DNA of 64,000 bases from Candidatus Levybacteria bacterium RIFCSPHIGHO2_01_FULL_41_15 (GCA_001782165.1 MFNV01000009.1:122283-186282); one strand, 5' to 3'; positions 18,267 through 27,000 are shown, counted from the stretch's first letter. Numbers and translations: made by a program. Notes: generated by a model not told the origin, from the letters alone.

Positions 18267-19619
18267 TTATGGTGTAAATTTTATTCCTCTTCCCTTAATT
18301 GTTTGCAAGTGAGATGGATTATTGGGGTCGTCTTCTATTTTTTTTCGAAGGCGAAAGATTAGCTGATCCAGAGCTTGATCGGTTACTCCTTCTGTTGATT
18401 TTGAATTTTTCCACACGGCGTTTATTACTTCCTCCCTTTCTACAATTTTATCTTTATTCTCAATCAGGAACTTAAGGAGCTTAAATTCGGAAGAGGTCAG
18501 AATATCAGAAAGGATACTATCTCCCTTTTTTATCTCGTTGGTGATAGGGTCAAACGAAATGACTTGATTACCCAATTGTTCGATTACCGTGATGAATTTT
18601 TCAAAAAGGGGAATTGAGATTTTACTGTTTTCTATTAATCCAACGTTTTGTAAATAGCCACTAGAAATTAGTTGGTTAGCAATTAGTGATTTCTGTTCGG
18701 AAGGTGTTAAGGAATACAAAATCTCATAAAGAGAACCTCTTATCGTTTTTTGCTCAAGCAAAAAACTCTGTAACCCTATTCTGGTTGCTAGTTGCCAATT
18801 GCTAGTCGCTAATCTTGTCTCAAGACAAAGCCTTGTTAATTTTCCGTGGCCTGCGGTTAGTGAAATTATTTTGTTAGTTAGTTTTTCGTTTATTCTTTTA
18901 CCGCTTACTTTTTCAAGGTATGAGATTCGGAAATCAAGACCGGGCTTGTCAAATAGCGGTAAATAAACGATGTTTCCTGCCAAAAATTCATAAAAATCCG
19001 AGAAAAGCATTGGTTCTATCAAATCCTCAAGGGGTCTATTAAGAGAAAAAACAACAGAGAATCTGTATTTTGCCCTGTTTCTCAAGATTCTAAGATTGGC
19101 AAAAAATTCAGATGAGAGCATTGGTACATATTCTTCAAATCTGTCAAACAGAAAGACTACTGTAAGTTCTTTCTCAATACAAAGGTAATCAATTGCTTTT
19201 TTAAGGCCCCCAAACAAAACCATCTCGTCATTGGTCAGAAGCGATTCTTTGAAAATCTTATCCATGGTTTCATGTTCCTGCATTTTTCTTTCTCTTAATG
19301 AATCAACAAGTGAAAGGAAGATGAATTTTGTTGCCTCAAATAAGGGCTTTTTTCTAATCTCCGAAAAATTTAAGAGGACAAAATGAAACCATTTCTGGTC
19401 TTCTCCTAAATGTTTTAACCGGACAGTGCGGTTATAAGATAAAAGACCCAAAAGATTTGATCTTCCAACCCCGGGAAGACCAATAAGCTGAGCCGATTTT
19501 CCTTCCTTTGCAAACCTTAAGATTTTTTCTATTTCATCAAATCTTGAATTTTCAGGGTATAATGATTCGAAATGAGCCAGTTCACTACCATCGACCATTG
19601 ATGATTTATTATTTACCAT
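18267..19619 (-). CDS. putative transcriptional regulator: N-terminal P-loop NTPase-like (STAND/AAA-like) + C-terminal OmpR/PhoB-type winged helix
   Basis: 450 aa. A degenerate Walker A (LIGLPGVGRSNLLGLL) and hhhhD (VVFLFDRFEE) sit at the N-terminus. The C-terminal ~95 aa (SSEFKLLKFLIENKDKIVEREEVINAVWKN...ALDQLIFRLRKKIEDDP...LQTIKGRGIKF) is a clear trans_reg_C wHTH. Confidence 0.55.
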   Translation of the reverse strand: MVNNKSSMVDGSELAHFESLYPENSRFDEIEKILRFAKEGKSAQLIGLPGVGRSNLLGLLSYNRTVRLKHLGEDQKWFHFVLLNFSEIRKKPLFEATKFIFLSLVDSLRERKMQEHETMDKIFKESLLTNDEMVLFGGLKKAIDYLCIEKELTVVFLFDRFEEYVPMLSSEFFANLRILRNRAKYRFSVVFSLNRPLEDLIEPMLFSDFYEFLAGNIVYLPLFDKPGLDFRISYLEKVSGKRINEKLTNKIISLTAGHGKLTRLCLETRLATSNWQLATRIGLQSFLLEQKTIRGSLYEILYSLTPSEQKSLIANQLISSGYLQNVGLIENSKISIPLFEKFITVIEQLGNQVISFDPITNEIKKGDSILSDILTSSEFKLLKFLIENKDKIVEREEVINAVWKNSKSTEGVTDQALDQLIFRLRKKIEDDPNNPSHLQTIKGRGIKFTP

Positions 19620-19694
19620 GTTTGTTAAATTACAAATTCAAAATTACAAATAACAAATAATTGCAAAGTTATAAATACAAAATTCAAAACAACT

Positions 19695-20057
19695 TTATCT
19701 ACTTTTTTCTAAGATTGCAGCAAAAATTTTAACAAGCTCGGTAGTTTCTTGCAATAGTGGAGTAATCTTATTCTTGAGTTCCGGGTTTGCCTCTTCGATC
19801 AATTGTAACCAGTAAATTGTTTCTTTTCCTTCTTTTCTGCAGATTCTAATTCTAAATGAGAAATCTTTCTTTGTTTCTGTTTCATTTGCTTCTCGATAGT
19901 TAGCACCCATAGAAGTTCCGGAACGAATAACTTGATCGCACAAATTAAAGTTAATTGTGTTTTTCGGCAAGTCTTTAGCTAAGTGAATAATTTTTTTTCC
20001 AAATTCAAGCGTTCTATCTTCTAAATCGTACTTTTTATTATTTTGGTTATTTGACAT
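19695..20057 (-). CDS. four-helix-bundle protein (23S rRNA intervening-sequence protein family)
   Basis: 120 aa; the motif ...QVIRSGTSMGANYREANETETKKDFSFRIRICRKEGKETIYWLQL... is typical of the PF05635/TIGR02436 family. Confidence 0.6.
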   Translation of the reverse strand: MSNNQNNKKYDLEDRTLEFGKKIIHLAKDLPKNTINFNLCDQVIRSGTSMGANYREANETETKKDFSFRIRICRKEGKETIYWLQLIEEANPELKNKITPLLQETTELVKIFAAILEKSR

Positions 20058-20180
20058 TTTAATTTATTTGGAACTTGTAATTTTGTACTTGTAATTTTCC
20101 TTACTACGTAAGGATATTGTAATCTTCTTGAAAGCTAATTATCAAGCGCTTCGGCTTCGCTAAGTGTAAACTTCCCTCGT

Positions 20181-22961
20181 ATGAAAGAGTTTGATTTGAC
20201 AGGCAGAGCTAATCGCCCTACACTTGAAGTGAAGGGAGATATTTTTATGTCAGAACCCGGACAAAGAGAACAGCCGCCAAAACAGCTCGAACCTGCCTCT
20301 GGAGCTGGTGGAGGATCTCCGCCAGAAAAACCACCAATCACTACATCCGGAGAAGCAAATGGCAATGGGGAAGATTCTGGTGAACAGGCGCCAAATATAA
20401 AGACCGGCCCTGCGAAATGGAAAAACAAAGATAATGATCAGCCTATTGTTGTTACAGAGTATGCAGGTAAAGGTCCAGACGGTAAAGATTATGTCAATAT
20501 TGAAGGAAGCGAAACCAGTGTTCCTCTTGATGAAATAGAATATCCACAAGAAGAAATTCCAGCTGCAGGCGCAGGCGGAGGAGAGCCTCCCGAAGAACCC
20601 CCAGAGGTAGTAACTGCAGAAGAACCTGGGGAGAGTGACGGTGGTGAGGATCGTGGGGAAATTAAAGAATATATAAAGGCATTAAATAAGTTATTGTCAG
20701 ATGAAGAAGTAAGAAGGGTATTGATTTCGGATAACCCAGACTTTGATCAGCTCCCTCAGCTAGAAGAATTTATAAGAAAGTACATGAGTCCTGCAGACAG
20801 GAGCGGAAAGATAGGCCATTTTGCTAGATTTGTTACCGGAAAAGATAATGATTTTTCTTCTACATCAAAGAAGCTTATATTCGAGCGTTTACTTGAAAAA
20901 ATTATAGGCATGACAGATAAAACTCCCGATAGGCCATATCATGCTGATTCGGGCAATATATATGTTTCATCCAACTTACAAGAGCTACTTGAAGTAGCAA
21001 GGGCAAATTTGGCTGAAGATTTTCCATATTTCGGAAACCTTGCTTATGTAAGAGAAGTTGCTCATGAATTGAATAGAAATCTTAAATACGGGGAGCAATA
21101 CAAAAAATATGTAACAGAAAGTTTGCGTACCGGGGGACTTAATTTTATGCATAATAGAATTGCAGGTGTAAGTGCAGTTATAAGAGAGTATGAAAGAATA
21201 AGTTCATACAGAATAAGACAAGTAAAAACCTGGTTTTCAGAAAAGGATATAAGGGCAATAGACAGTGAGGTAGAAGAGATGATAAAAGATCATTCGAGAG
21301 AAGAAATGAAGATAGGTAATAGGAAATTATCAGATTGGGAGATTGAAAGGGCTTTAAAAATAGGTAAAATTCTCTTTGCAGGAAGCCAAAGACTGGCCGC
21401 GTATGCTGCTGCAGGGGATCTTCCTCACGACGCGTTGCTTACTGGACGATTTGGATCTGTTCCCTATGAATATATAGCAAGATCTTTATTTCCATTCAAA
21501 ATGACTTCCCCAAGGTTTTTTGCTGGAGCAGGAGGTTCAAGAAGATACATGGAGAGAATATTTGAAGAACAAAAGAAAGATAGCCCGTGGTTTGATGAGA
21601 AAGAAAAAAAATCAAAGCTTTATTCTCTCTTTGGACTTGATGAAAGAACCATCCTTATGGATAGTTGCGGAGCTATGGATTCTCAGACTCAGGCATGGAG
21701 AGCGGAAATGATGTTTTTGGGAGCCATTACGATGAACATAGACGGAGAACACGTTAACTTACTGGATTACTTGAATGAGTTTGCTGTTCTACACGGTGGA
21801 AAATCAGGAGATCCTAAGGATCAGATTCTGGGTGGAAGGGGCGTTGATGAGAAGGAAAGACCAAATTTTTCAAAAGACGTTAGAAATGTAGTAATGGGTC
21901 AAAGATTATATTTATCTAATCTTGCTCGATACGGAAATTTTGATGACGTCCTAAAAGCGGATATCTGGCAAAAAATTAGTCTTCTTACTCCATCAACAAT
22001 AGCATCTGTGGTTCCCAGAGCCATCGGCAAAGAAGATGAGAAAATATGGGAGCAGATGCGATATAAACTATATGCCGCTGAGAATAAAAGAATAAACAAT
22101 GATTCAGTAAGGTACAGGAAAGGGTTAACAAATGATGATTTAAAGGGCGAAAATGAAAAATTCAGTAAGGTTTTAGAAACTGTAAAAAAAGATGTTTGGA
22201 CAGAAGGAGATTTTGATACAATTTTGGAATATATGGGGATGGGAGAGCTGAAGCTAGAGATAGATGAGAAGAAATTACTGAAAAAAATAATAACAGCTGG
22301 TATAGAAGAGTCAGAGAAGCTTGGTAGGGCAAAACTTCCCTTTGCGTTTGCGATTGTCGATGCGCCTGAAGTAGCATGGTCTAAAACAGAGGATGGGACT
22401 GGAGGACTTGAGGATGAAGATTTGCTAAGGATACTTTTAAGTGATCAGGAATCATTTTCCAAGGCATGGACAGAAATGAACGGTCTAATAGAAAACCCAA
22501 CCGCAGGTTTACGAGAACATACAGCAAAAGCAGTTGAAGGAATAGGAATGGTAATAGGCAGAAAAAGCGCACAGGAAATAATTCGCCCATTTATAATAGC
22601 TTATATTAAGATGGCATCTACTACGCCTTCTTCAGAATGGATAGGCGATTTTCAAAAACTTCTTAGGCAAGCTACGTCAGAAATGGAAAGGTATTATAGA
22701 AATTCCCACATATCGTGGGATGCTAAAGAGAGAGAAATAACTCTTGAAGGAATGTCTCAAGATGGCTCAATCTCTGATGATATTTCTGAAGGAAATATAT
22801 CTGATCTAGATAAAGTTAAGAAGAAAACAAAATCGACCAGAAGAGCAACTTTTCTTAGAATGGCAAGATTAATAATTATGTTACTAGGTCCGGAGGCAGG
22901 TATATCATTTCTTAAACTTTTTGTGCCACAAGATTTACTAAACTCTTTACAAAAAAAATAA
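20181..22961 (+). CDS. large cytoplasmic protein of unknown function with disordered repeat-containing N-terminus
   Basis: 926 aa with no TM and no recognisable catalytic motif. The N-terminal 170 aa are acidic/Pro-Gly rich with a duplicated AGAGGG(S/E)PPE(K/E)PP unit. The start is possibly the downstream Met (MSEPGQ). Confidence 0.45.
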   Translation: MKEFDLTGRANRPTLEVKGDIFMSEPGQREQPPKQLEPASGAGGGSPPEKPPITTSGEANGNGEDSGEQAPNIKTGPAKWKNKDNDQPIVVTEYAGKGPDGKDYVNIEGSETSVPLDEIEYPQEEIPAAGAGGGEPPEEPPEVVTAEEPGESDGGEDRGEIKEYIKALNKLLSDEEVRRVLISDNPDFDQLPQLEEFIRKYMSPADRSGKIGHFARFVTGKDNDFSSTSKKLIFERLLEKIIGMTDKTPDRPYHADSGNIYVSSNLQELLEVARANLAEDFPYFGNLAYVREVAHELNRNLKYGEQYKKYVTESLRTGGLNFMHNRIAGVSAVIREYERISSYRIRQVKTWFSEKDIRAIDSEVEEMIKDHSREEMKIGNRKLSDWEIERALKIGKILFAGSQRLAAYAAAGDLPHDALLTGRFGSVPYEYIARSLFPFKMTSPRFFAGAGGSRRYMERIFEEQKKDSPWFDEKEKKSKLYSLFGLDERTILMDSCGAMDSQTQAWRAEMMFLGAITMNIDGEHVNLLDYLNEFAVLHGGKSGDPKDQILGGRGVDEKERPNFSKDVRNVVMGQRLYLSNLARYGNFDDVLKADIWQKISLLTPSTIASVVPRAIGKEDEKIWEQMRYKLYAAENKRINNDSVRYRKGLTNDDLKGENEKFSKVLETVKKDVWTEGDFDTILEYMGMGELKLEIDEKKLLKKIITAGIEESEKLGRAKLPFAFAIVDAPEVAWSKTEDGTGGLEDEDLLRILLSDQESFSKAWTEMNGLIENPTAGLREHTAKAVEGIGMVIGRKSAQEIIRPFIIAYIKMASTTPSSEWIGDFQKLLRQATSEMERYYRNSHISWDAKEREITLEGMSQDGSISDDISEGNISDLDKVKKKTKSTRRATFLRMARLIIMLLGPEAGISFLKLFVPQDLLNSLQKK

Positions 22962-22963
22962 AA

Positions 22964-24694
22964 TTATCCTACGCCGAATCTTCGACCGAATGCTCGTAGT
23001 TTTCCGACTTTGCCGTAACTTACCCTTCCTGTTGCTTGATCATAACCTGCCAATCTATATTCCTCAGAACCGGCTATAGTTTGACCTACACCCTTAGCTA
23101 CAGAAATTGGGTAACCTGCTCCCGCTCCAACTGCGGCACCGATTGAGGAGAGGTCGATTTTGGGTGCCTTGAGAGCTTCTCTTAATGTTGTTACAATTCT
23201 TGGCGCAGTCAATATGATTCCAAGGGCAATTATTGCGCCGAAACGCTCTCCATTGGGGTTTCCTATAAAAGGCGGCACGAACATGTCTCCCCCTCCTGCA
23301 TCAAAAAGATGCATAAAAGTCTCTCCCAGAAGGAAAAGAACAAGAGTTGCCGGGAAAGCCGCAAGGTTTGAAATAAGACTTCTGAGCCAGGAGGTAAAGC
23401 TGATTGTACTTCCCGGGAAAAGTCCTGCGACAATCCAGAAAGGCGCAAATACTATGTCTATGAGAATCATTATATAGGCCTGAAGAAGGATAAACCAGAG
23501 TCTAAACAGCGCCCAGAGAATTGCAATAAGAATCACCAGAAATGCAATTATACCGGCCAACCCTCCGATTACGATCTTCCCAGCATAGTTTGTAAGGTCG
23601 CACGCTCCTCCTCCAAATAACCCAAAACCAGAAGTTATAAAATTGAGGGCTCCGCTTAAAAAACCTCCCACAACAGGAAGACTTTCAAAAATCGCACAAG
23701 TACTCCCCGCAACCGCACCAATAGGCCCGGCAAGTATGAAACCAAGTACTGCGGTTATAATACTGCCTAAATAAGTAGTAAAAAGACCTGGGGTGAGACT
23801 GGCTATTATATTACCCACACTATAAGAAGCATTAAACGCAACTGTAAAAATATTAAATGTATCATGCGCAACACTAAAAGGAGAAGTATATAGCCGCGGA
23901 ACATCGTGTTCAAAGATATTTAGGATCAAATATAGGGCGACATACATAAGGTCAATAAGAAAAGCTGCAATTGCAAGAGAGAATGTCACAAGAAGTATCC
24001 CTATAATTAATTTGGGTATTTGGTTCTGCAAAGTCATGACAGTTCGCGGATCTATTTTTACCCTAAGCATTATTGCAACTCCTATAATCACAAAGACAAG
24101 GACAAACAGAAGATATACAATGTCTCTGAATTTACTCCAAAGAGGAATAAGAGGAGAGACTCTGGAGACGCCAAGTCCTGTATTCTGGGCATAAGTACTT
24201 TTTGCTATCCCAAAATTTTGAGCAAGATCTTTCATATAGTCTGCCGCGTGAACAGGAGCCGTATAGAGCATACCGATCATGCCTCCCATAAAACCCACTG
24301 CTCCTCCACCGCCTTCAACAAAGCCGATACTTCCGGTCTTAGGATCAACACCGAGGCATTTTTGTGAGACATTTGTCGGATCAATTCCCGAAAGCTGGCA
24401 GACAAGAGCGGACATTACTTCTATCATCACACTTTGGGTATAAGTATGAAGGTTTTTTGGGACATCAGGATTTGTGTTGGGGGCAGCGTAGGGATTGGTT
24501 TGGTTATTTTGGTAATTGGGTAGATTGGAGTTCGGAATGCTTACTGTCTGAGCAAAAGTTGGGGATTTAAAAATTAAGAATGAAAAAATAAAAAATAAAA
24601 AAACCAAAATAAGATACGGGCCCCACTTCGTTAAAACTTCCACCGTCGCTAAGGCTTTGGCGGACAAGTCGCGGGGCAAGGCAGGAAGTCTCAT
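22964..24694 (-). CDS. polytopic membrane protein, VirB6/TrbL-like candidate
   Basis: 576 aa with a signal/TM start and then ~8-10 TM helices with Gly-rich loops. Its size and topology fit the VirB6/PrgH-class channel subunits usually encoded with VirB4 systems. Confidence 0.4.
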   Translation of the reverse strand: MRLPALPRDLSAKALATVEVLTKWGPYLILVFLFFIFSFLIFKSPTFAQTVSIPNSNLPNYQNNQTNPYAAPNTNPDVPKNLHTYTQSVMIEVMSALVCQLSGIDPTNVSQKCLGVDPKTGSIGFVEGGGGAVGFMGGMIGMLYTAPVHAADYMKDLAQNFGIAKSTYAQNTGLGVSRVSPLIPLWSKFRDIVYLLFVLVFVIIGVAIMLRVKIDPRTVMTLQNQIPKLIIGILLVTFSLAIAAFLIDLMYVALYLILNIFEHDVPRLYTSPFSVAHDTFNIFTVAFNASYSVGNIIASLTPGLFTTYLGSIITAVLGFILAGPIGAVAGSTCAIFESLPVVGGFLSGALNFITSGFGLFGGGACDLTNYAGKIVIGGLAGIIAFLVILIAILWALFRLWFILLQAYIMILIDIVFAPFWIVAGLFPGSTISFTSWLRSLISNLAAFPATLVLFLLGETFMHLFDAGGGDMFVPPFIGNPNGERFGAIIALGIILTAPRIVTTLREALKAPKIDLSSIGAAVGAGAGYPISVAKGVGQTIAGSEEYRLAGYDQATGRVSYGKVGKLRAFGRRFGVG

Positions 24695-24773
24695 CTTATT
24701 TGAGTTTGATATATTAATTAAGAATTGTCAAGAAAGGGAAGCAAATTGCTGGATTGTTAGATTGTTGGAGAAG

Positions 24774-24861
24774 TGCGGAGGAGAGGAGATTCGAACTCCT
24801 GATACGGTTGCCCGTAAACCTGCTCTCCAAGCAAGCGCCATAGGCCACTAGGCGACTCCTC
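24774..24861 (-). tRNA. tRNA-Ser (anticodon GGA)
   Basis: Manual fold: acceptor GGAGGAG/CTCCTCC, anticodon loop TTGGAGA, long variable arm, T-loop TTCGAAT. CCA is not encoded. Confidence 0.8.
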
Positions 24862-24965
24862 CAAAATTAAATTCCAAAATTCGAAATCTTGAATCCTAAA
24901 TAAATCCTAAACCCAAAATTACAAATTTCAAACGATTGGACAATTTAGCAGTCCTTATTATATCA

Positions 24966-25382
24966 TCAGATCAATTTTCTTGCGTTTTGCCAAACTTGCC
25001 TGTCAGATTTATATGTAAGTCTTTCTTCAACTTTTTCAAGAGGGATCCATTCAACGTTCTGCATTTCCCAGTCATGCTCTTTGGTGTCTCCTGACCCGTG
25101 CTCCATAAGAAAATAATAAACAGTTTTTTTAATCTTTTGACCTTGAAAATTATACCAGTATGTAACAGGCTGTAAAGCTTTAATTATTTTCCCATTTATC
25201 CCTGTTTCTTCCTTAACTTCTCTTATTGCAGTTTCTTCTTTACTTTCTTTCTTTTTATGGTCACCGATTACCCCTTTAGGAAATACCCATCCGTGATGGC
25301 CTGAATGCTGAGCGACAAGAATAAATATCTTATCTTTAGATTTTTTATATACTATTCCACCGGCAGAGAACTCGAATTTCAT
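24966..25382 (-). CDS. NUDIX hydrolase
   Basis: 138 aa with the Nudix box GWVFPKGVIGDHKKKESKEETAIREVKEETG. Confidence 0.85.
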   Translation of the reverse strand: MKFEFSAGGIVYKKSKDKIFILVAQHSGHHGWVFPKGVIGDHKKKESKEETAIREVKEETGINGKIIKALQPVTYWYNFQGQKIKKTVYYFLMEHGSGDTKEHDWEMQNVEWIPLEKVEERLTYKSDRQVWQNARKLI

Positions 25383-25496
25383 TTCTTACCCCTCTGTTAA
25401 TATTGGTTTAGTCCACGCTTGTCTTCGCTGACGCTTCGCAAGCGAGCTCCGTCGCTTCGCCCCGTACCAGTCTGGTACAGGGCTTCGCTCGTCCGC

Positions 25497-25522
25497 TCCA
25501 CCTGCAGAAAATTCAAACTTCA
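25497..25522. repeat. direct repeat copy 1 (ccacctgcagaaaattcaaacttcat); on the minus strand it encodes MKFEFSAGG
   Basis: 25/26 identical to the copy at 26056-26081. Both re-encode the first 9 residues of the adjacent NUDIX gene with different synonymous codons. Confidence 0.6.
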
Positions 25523-25529
25523 TGATACA

Positions 25530-25763
25530 TTAGTCTTTCAATAATTTAATAAACTCATCTCTGCCCACCCGTAGATCTCTCTTTATTATTTTTGTTAATA
25601 ATCCGATACCGATCACTTGCGCAGGATGGATTGGAATAGTAGTTCTTCTTCCGTCAGGATGCATATAAATTGCGTGGCTTCCGCTTTGATCGCGAAAAGT
25701 AAATCCAAGTCTTAACACTACCTTAACTAATTCTCTTGCTTTGACTTGAGGAAGTTTTGGCAT
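25530..25763 (-). CDS. hicA: HicA mRNA interferase toxin
   Basis: 77 aa; ...GFTFRDQSGSHAIYMHPDGRRTTIPIHP... matches the HicA/YcfA family. Confidence 0.75.
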   Translation of the reverse strand: MPKLPQVKARELVKVVLRLGFTFRDQSGSHAIYMHPDGRRTTIPIHPAQVIGIGLLTKIIKRDLRVGRDEFIKLLKD

Positions 25764-26014
25764 TAGATAGATACTTCAAGCGAAGTCATACTTACGGGTT
25801 CAACTTTTGGAATATCCTGATGTTCTTTGCGAAGAACCTTTAAATGCAGTTTGATTGCGTCGCGAATATTAGTAATTGCCTGTTCAAGTGTTTTTCCTTG
25901 CGTATGACATCCTGCAAGATCTGGGCAGTCTGCCACAAAAAATCCATCCTCATCCTTTTCAATGATAACCGGAAATTTATAGGTAGTAGTTTTTATTTTT
26001 TGCATTTTTCCCAT
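25763..26014 (-). CDS. hicB: HicB antitoxin (UPF0150 family)
   Basis: 83 aa; KFPVIIEKDEDGFFVADCPDLAGCHTQGKTLEQAITNIRDAIKLHL. Its stop overlaps the hicA start. Confidence 0.7.
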   Translation of the reverse strand: MGKMQKIKTTTYKFPVIIEKDEDGFFVADCPDLAGCHTQGKTLEQAITNIRDAIKLHLKVLRKEHQDIPKVEPVSMTSLEVSI

Positions 26015-26055
26015 ATACTTATTATAACATTTTTAGTTCTTTCCTGCCGACAACT

Positions 26056-26081
26056 CCGCCTGCAGAAAATTCAAACTTCAT
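26056..26081. repeat. direct repeat copy 2 (ccgcctgcagaaaattcaaacttcat), abutting the 3' end of tRNA-Ser(CGA)
   Basis: Read directly; on the minus strand it opens a 19-codon mini-ORF MKFEFSAGGVVGRKELKML*. Confidence 0.6.
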
Positions 26082-26082
26082 G

Positions 26083-26166
26083 CGGAGGGTACAGGATTCG
26101 AACCTGTGAGGGATTACTCCCACGAGTTTTCGAAACTCGCGCCTTAAACCGCTCGGCCAACCCTCC
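26083..26166 (-). tRNA. tRNA-Ser (anticodon CGA)
   Basis: Acceptor GGAGGGT/ACCCTCC, anticodon loop TTCGAAA, long variable arm, T-loop TTCGAAT, discriminator G. Confidence 0.8.
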
Positions 26167-26181
26167 AATTTTATTAAATTG

Positions 26182-26255
26182 CACCCTCGAAAGGATTCGA
26201 ACCTTCGACCTCGACGTCCGCAACGTCGCGCTCTATCCAACTGAGCTACGAGGGC
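26182..26255 (-). tRNA. tRNA-Arg (anticodon GCG)
   Basis: Manual fold: acceptor GCCCTCG/CGAGGGT (G1-U72), D-arm GCTCAGTTGGATAGAGC, anticodon stem-loop CGACG-TTGCGGA-CGTCG, 5-nt variable loop, T-loop TTCGAAT. Confidence 0.6.
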
Positions 26256-26341
26256 ATCCTCTAACCGTCCCGCCAGAGGCGGGATGCTACTATCCGTTGA
26301 ACTACGGGCACAAAGTGGTTTTTATTCTATCTAATTTTAGA

Positions 26342-26953
26342 TTATGAAGCAACTTTTGTGTTCTCAAGAGGAAAATTTTTGGAAAGAAAATTTCCTGCAT
26401 TTTCCATAAAAGTAGGTTTTATCACCTCTCTATAGGGAAGATACGGTAGGAGAACAGATCTTACGTGCTCTACGTCAAGGTTGCCAAGCGGAACAGTCAA
26501 AACACCCGGAATAAAAGCATGCGTTCTCACATGAAGAACTTCTATTCCTTCCACCCTTTTAAAATAAAAATCATAAAGCTCCTGCCATAAAAAGAAATGA
26601 TCTTCAATTGTTATGCCCTCTGTTGAGATCCGATAATGAAAATTATGAGGGGGGACAATGGCAAGTGCAAAGGCAACAAAAACAAGAGACAGGACTACAA
26701 GCATCAAAAGATATTGGGAGAATAAAAATAAAATAACTTGGACAAGAAGCATTATAAGAAGGCTAGTTAGAAAGTATTGCTTAGTTCTTTTCTTGTACGG
26801 TCTTCCGGGAGCGGTCCAGGACAAAAGGGTTTTTATATGGGGATATTGCGTTTCCGCCTGAAGTTCTAAAGGCTCTTTGGGAAGGTCTGCCTTGCCGGCA
26901 GGCAGGTCTCTGGCTTCTTTGGGAAATAATTTTTCCTCTTTTTGGGCAGCCAT
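26342..26953 (-). CDS. membrane protein of unknown function
   Basis: 203 aa with two central TM helices and a ~100-aa C-terminal domain. Confidence 0.4.
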   Translation of the reverse strand: MAAQKEEKLFPKEARDLPAGKADLPKEPLELQAETQYPHIKTLLSWTAPGRPYKKRTKQYFLTSLLIMLLVQVILFLFSQYLLMLVVLSLVFVAFALAIVPPHNFHYRISTEGITIEDHFFLWQELYDFYFKRVEGIEVLHVRTHAFIPGVLTVPLGNLDVEHVRSVLLPYLPYREVIKPTFMENAGNFLSKNFPLENTKVAS

Positions 26954-27000
26954 AAGTTTAATTTATAGGATTAGGAGGAATTAGTCAATGGCGAATAGAA

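Noticed and set aside
20135-20549. two minus-strand ORFs (97 and 99 aa)
   Set aside because: Both are antisense to the 5' end of the 926-aa gene and are low-complexity.
24657-24851. 64-aa plus-strand ORF
   Set aside because: It overlaps tRNA-Ser(GGA) on the opposite strand.
26256-26335. possible third tRNA upstream of tRNA-Arg
   Set aside because: Only the acceptor/D-arm half resembles a tRNA. There is no TpsiC arm and no 3' acceptor strand. It is treated as a remnant in the findings and not listed as a gene.
25844-26347. 167-aa plus-strand ORF and 72-aa minus-strand ORF spanning 26022..26240
   Set aside because: Both run across two tRNA genes and the hicB coding region and are not credible CDS. 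The minus ORF is informative only for its internal MKFEFSAGG repeat.
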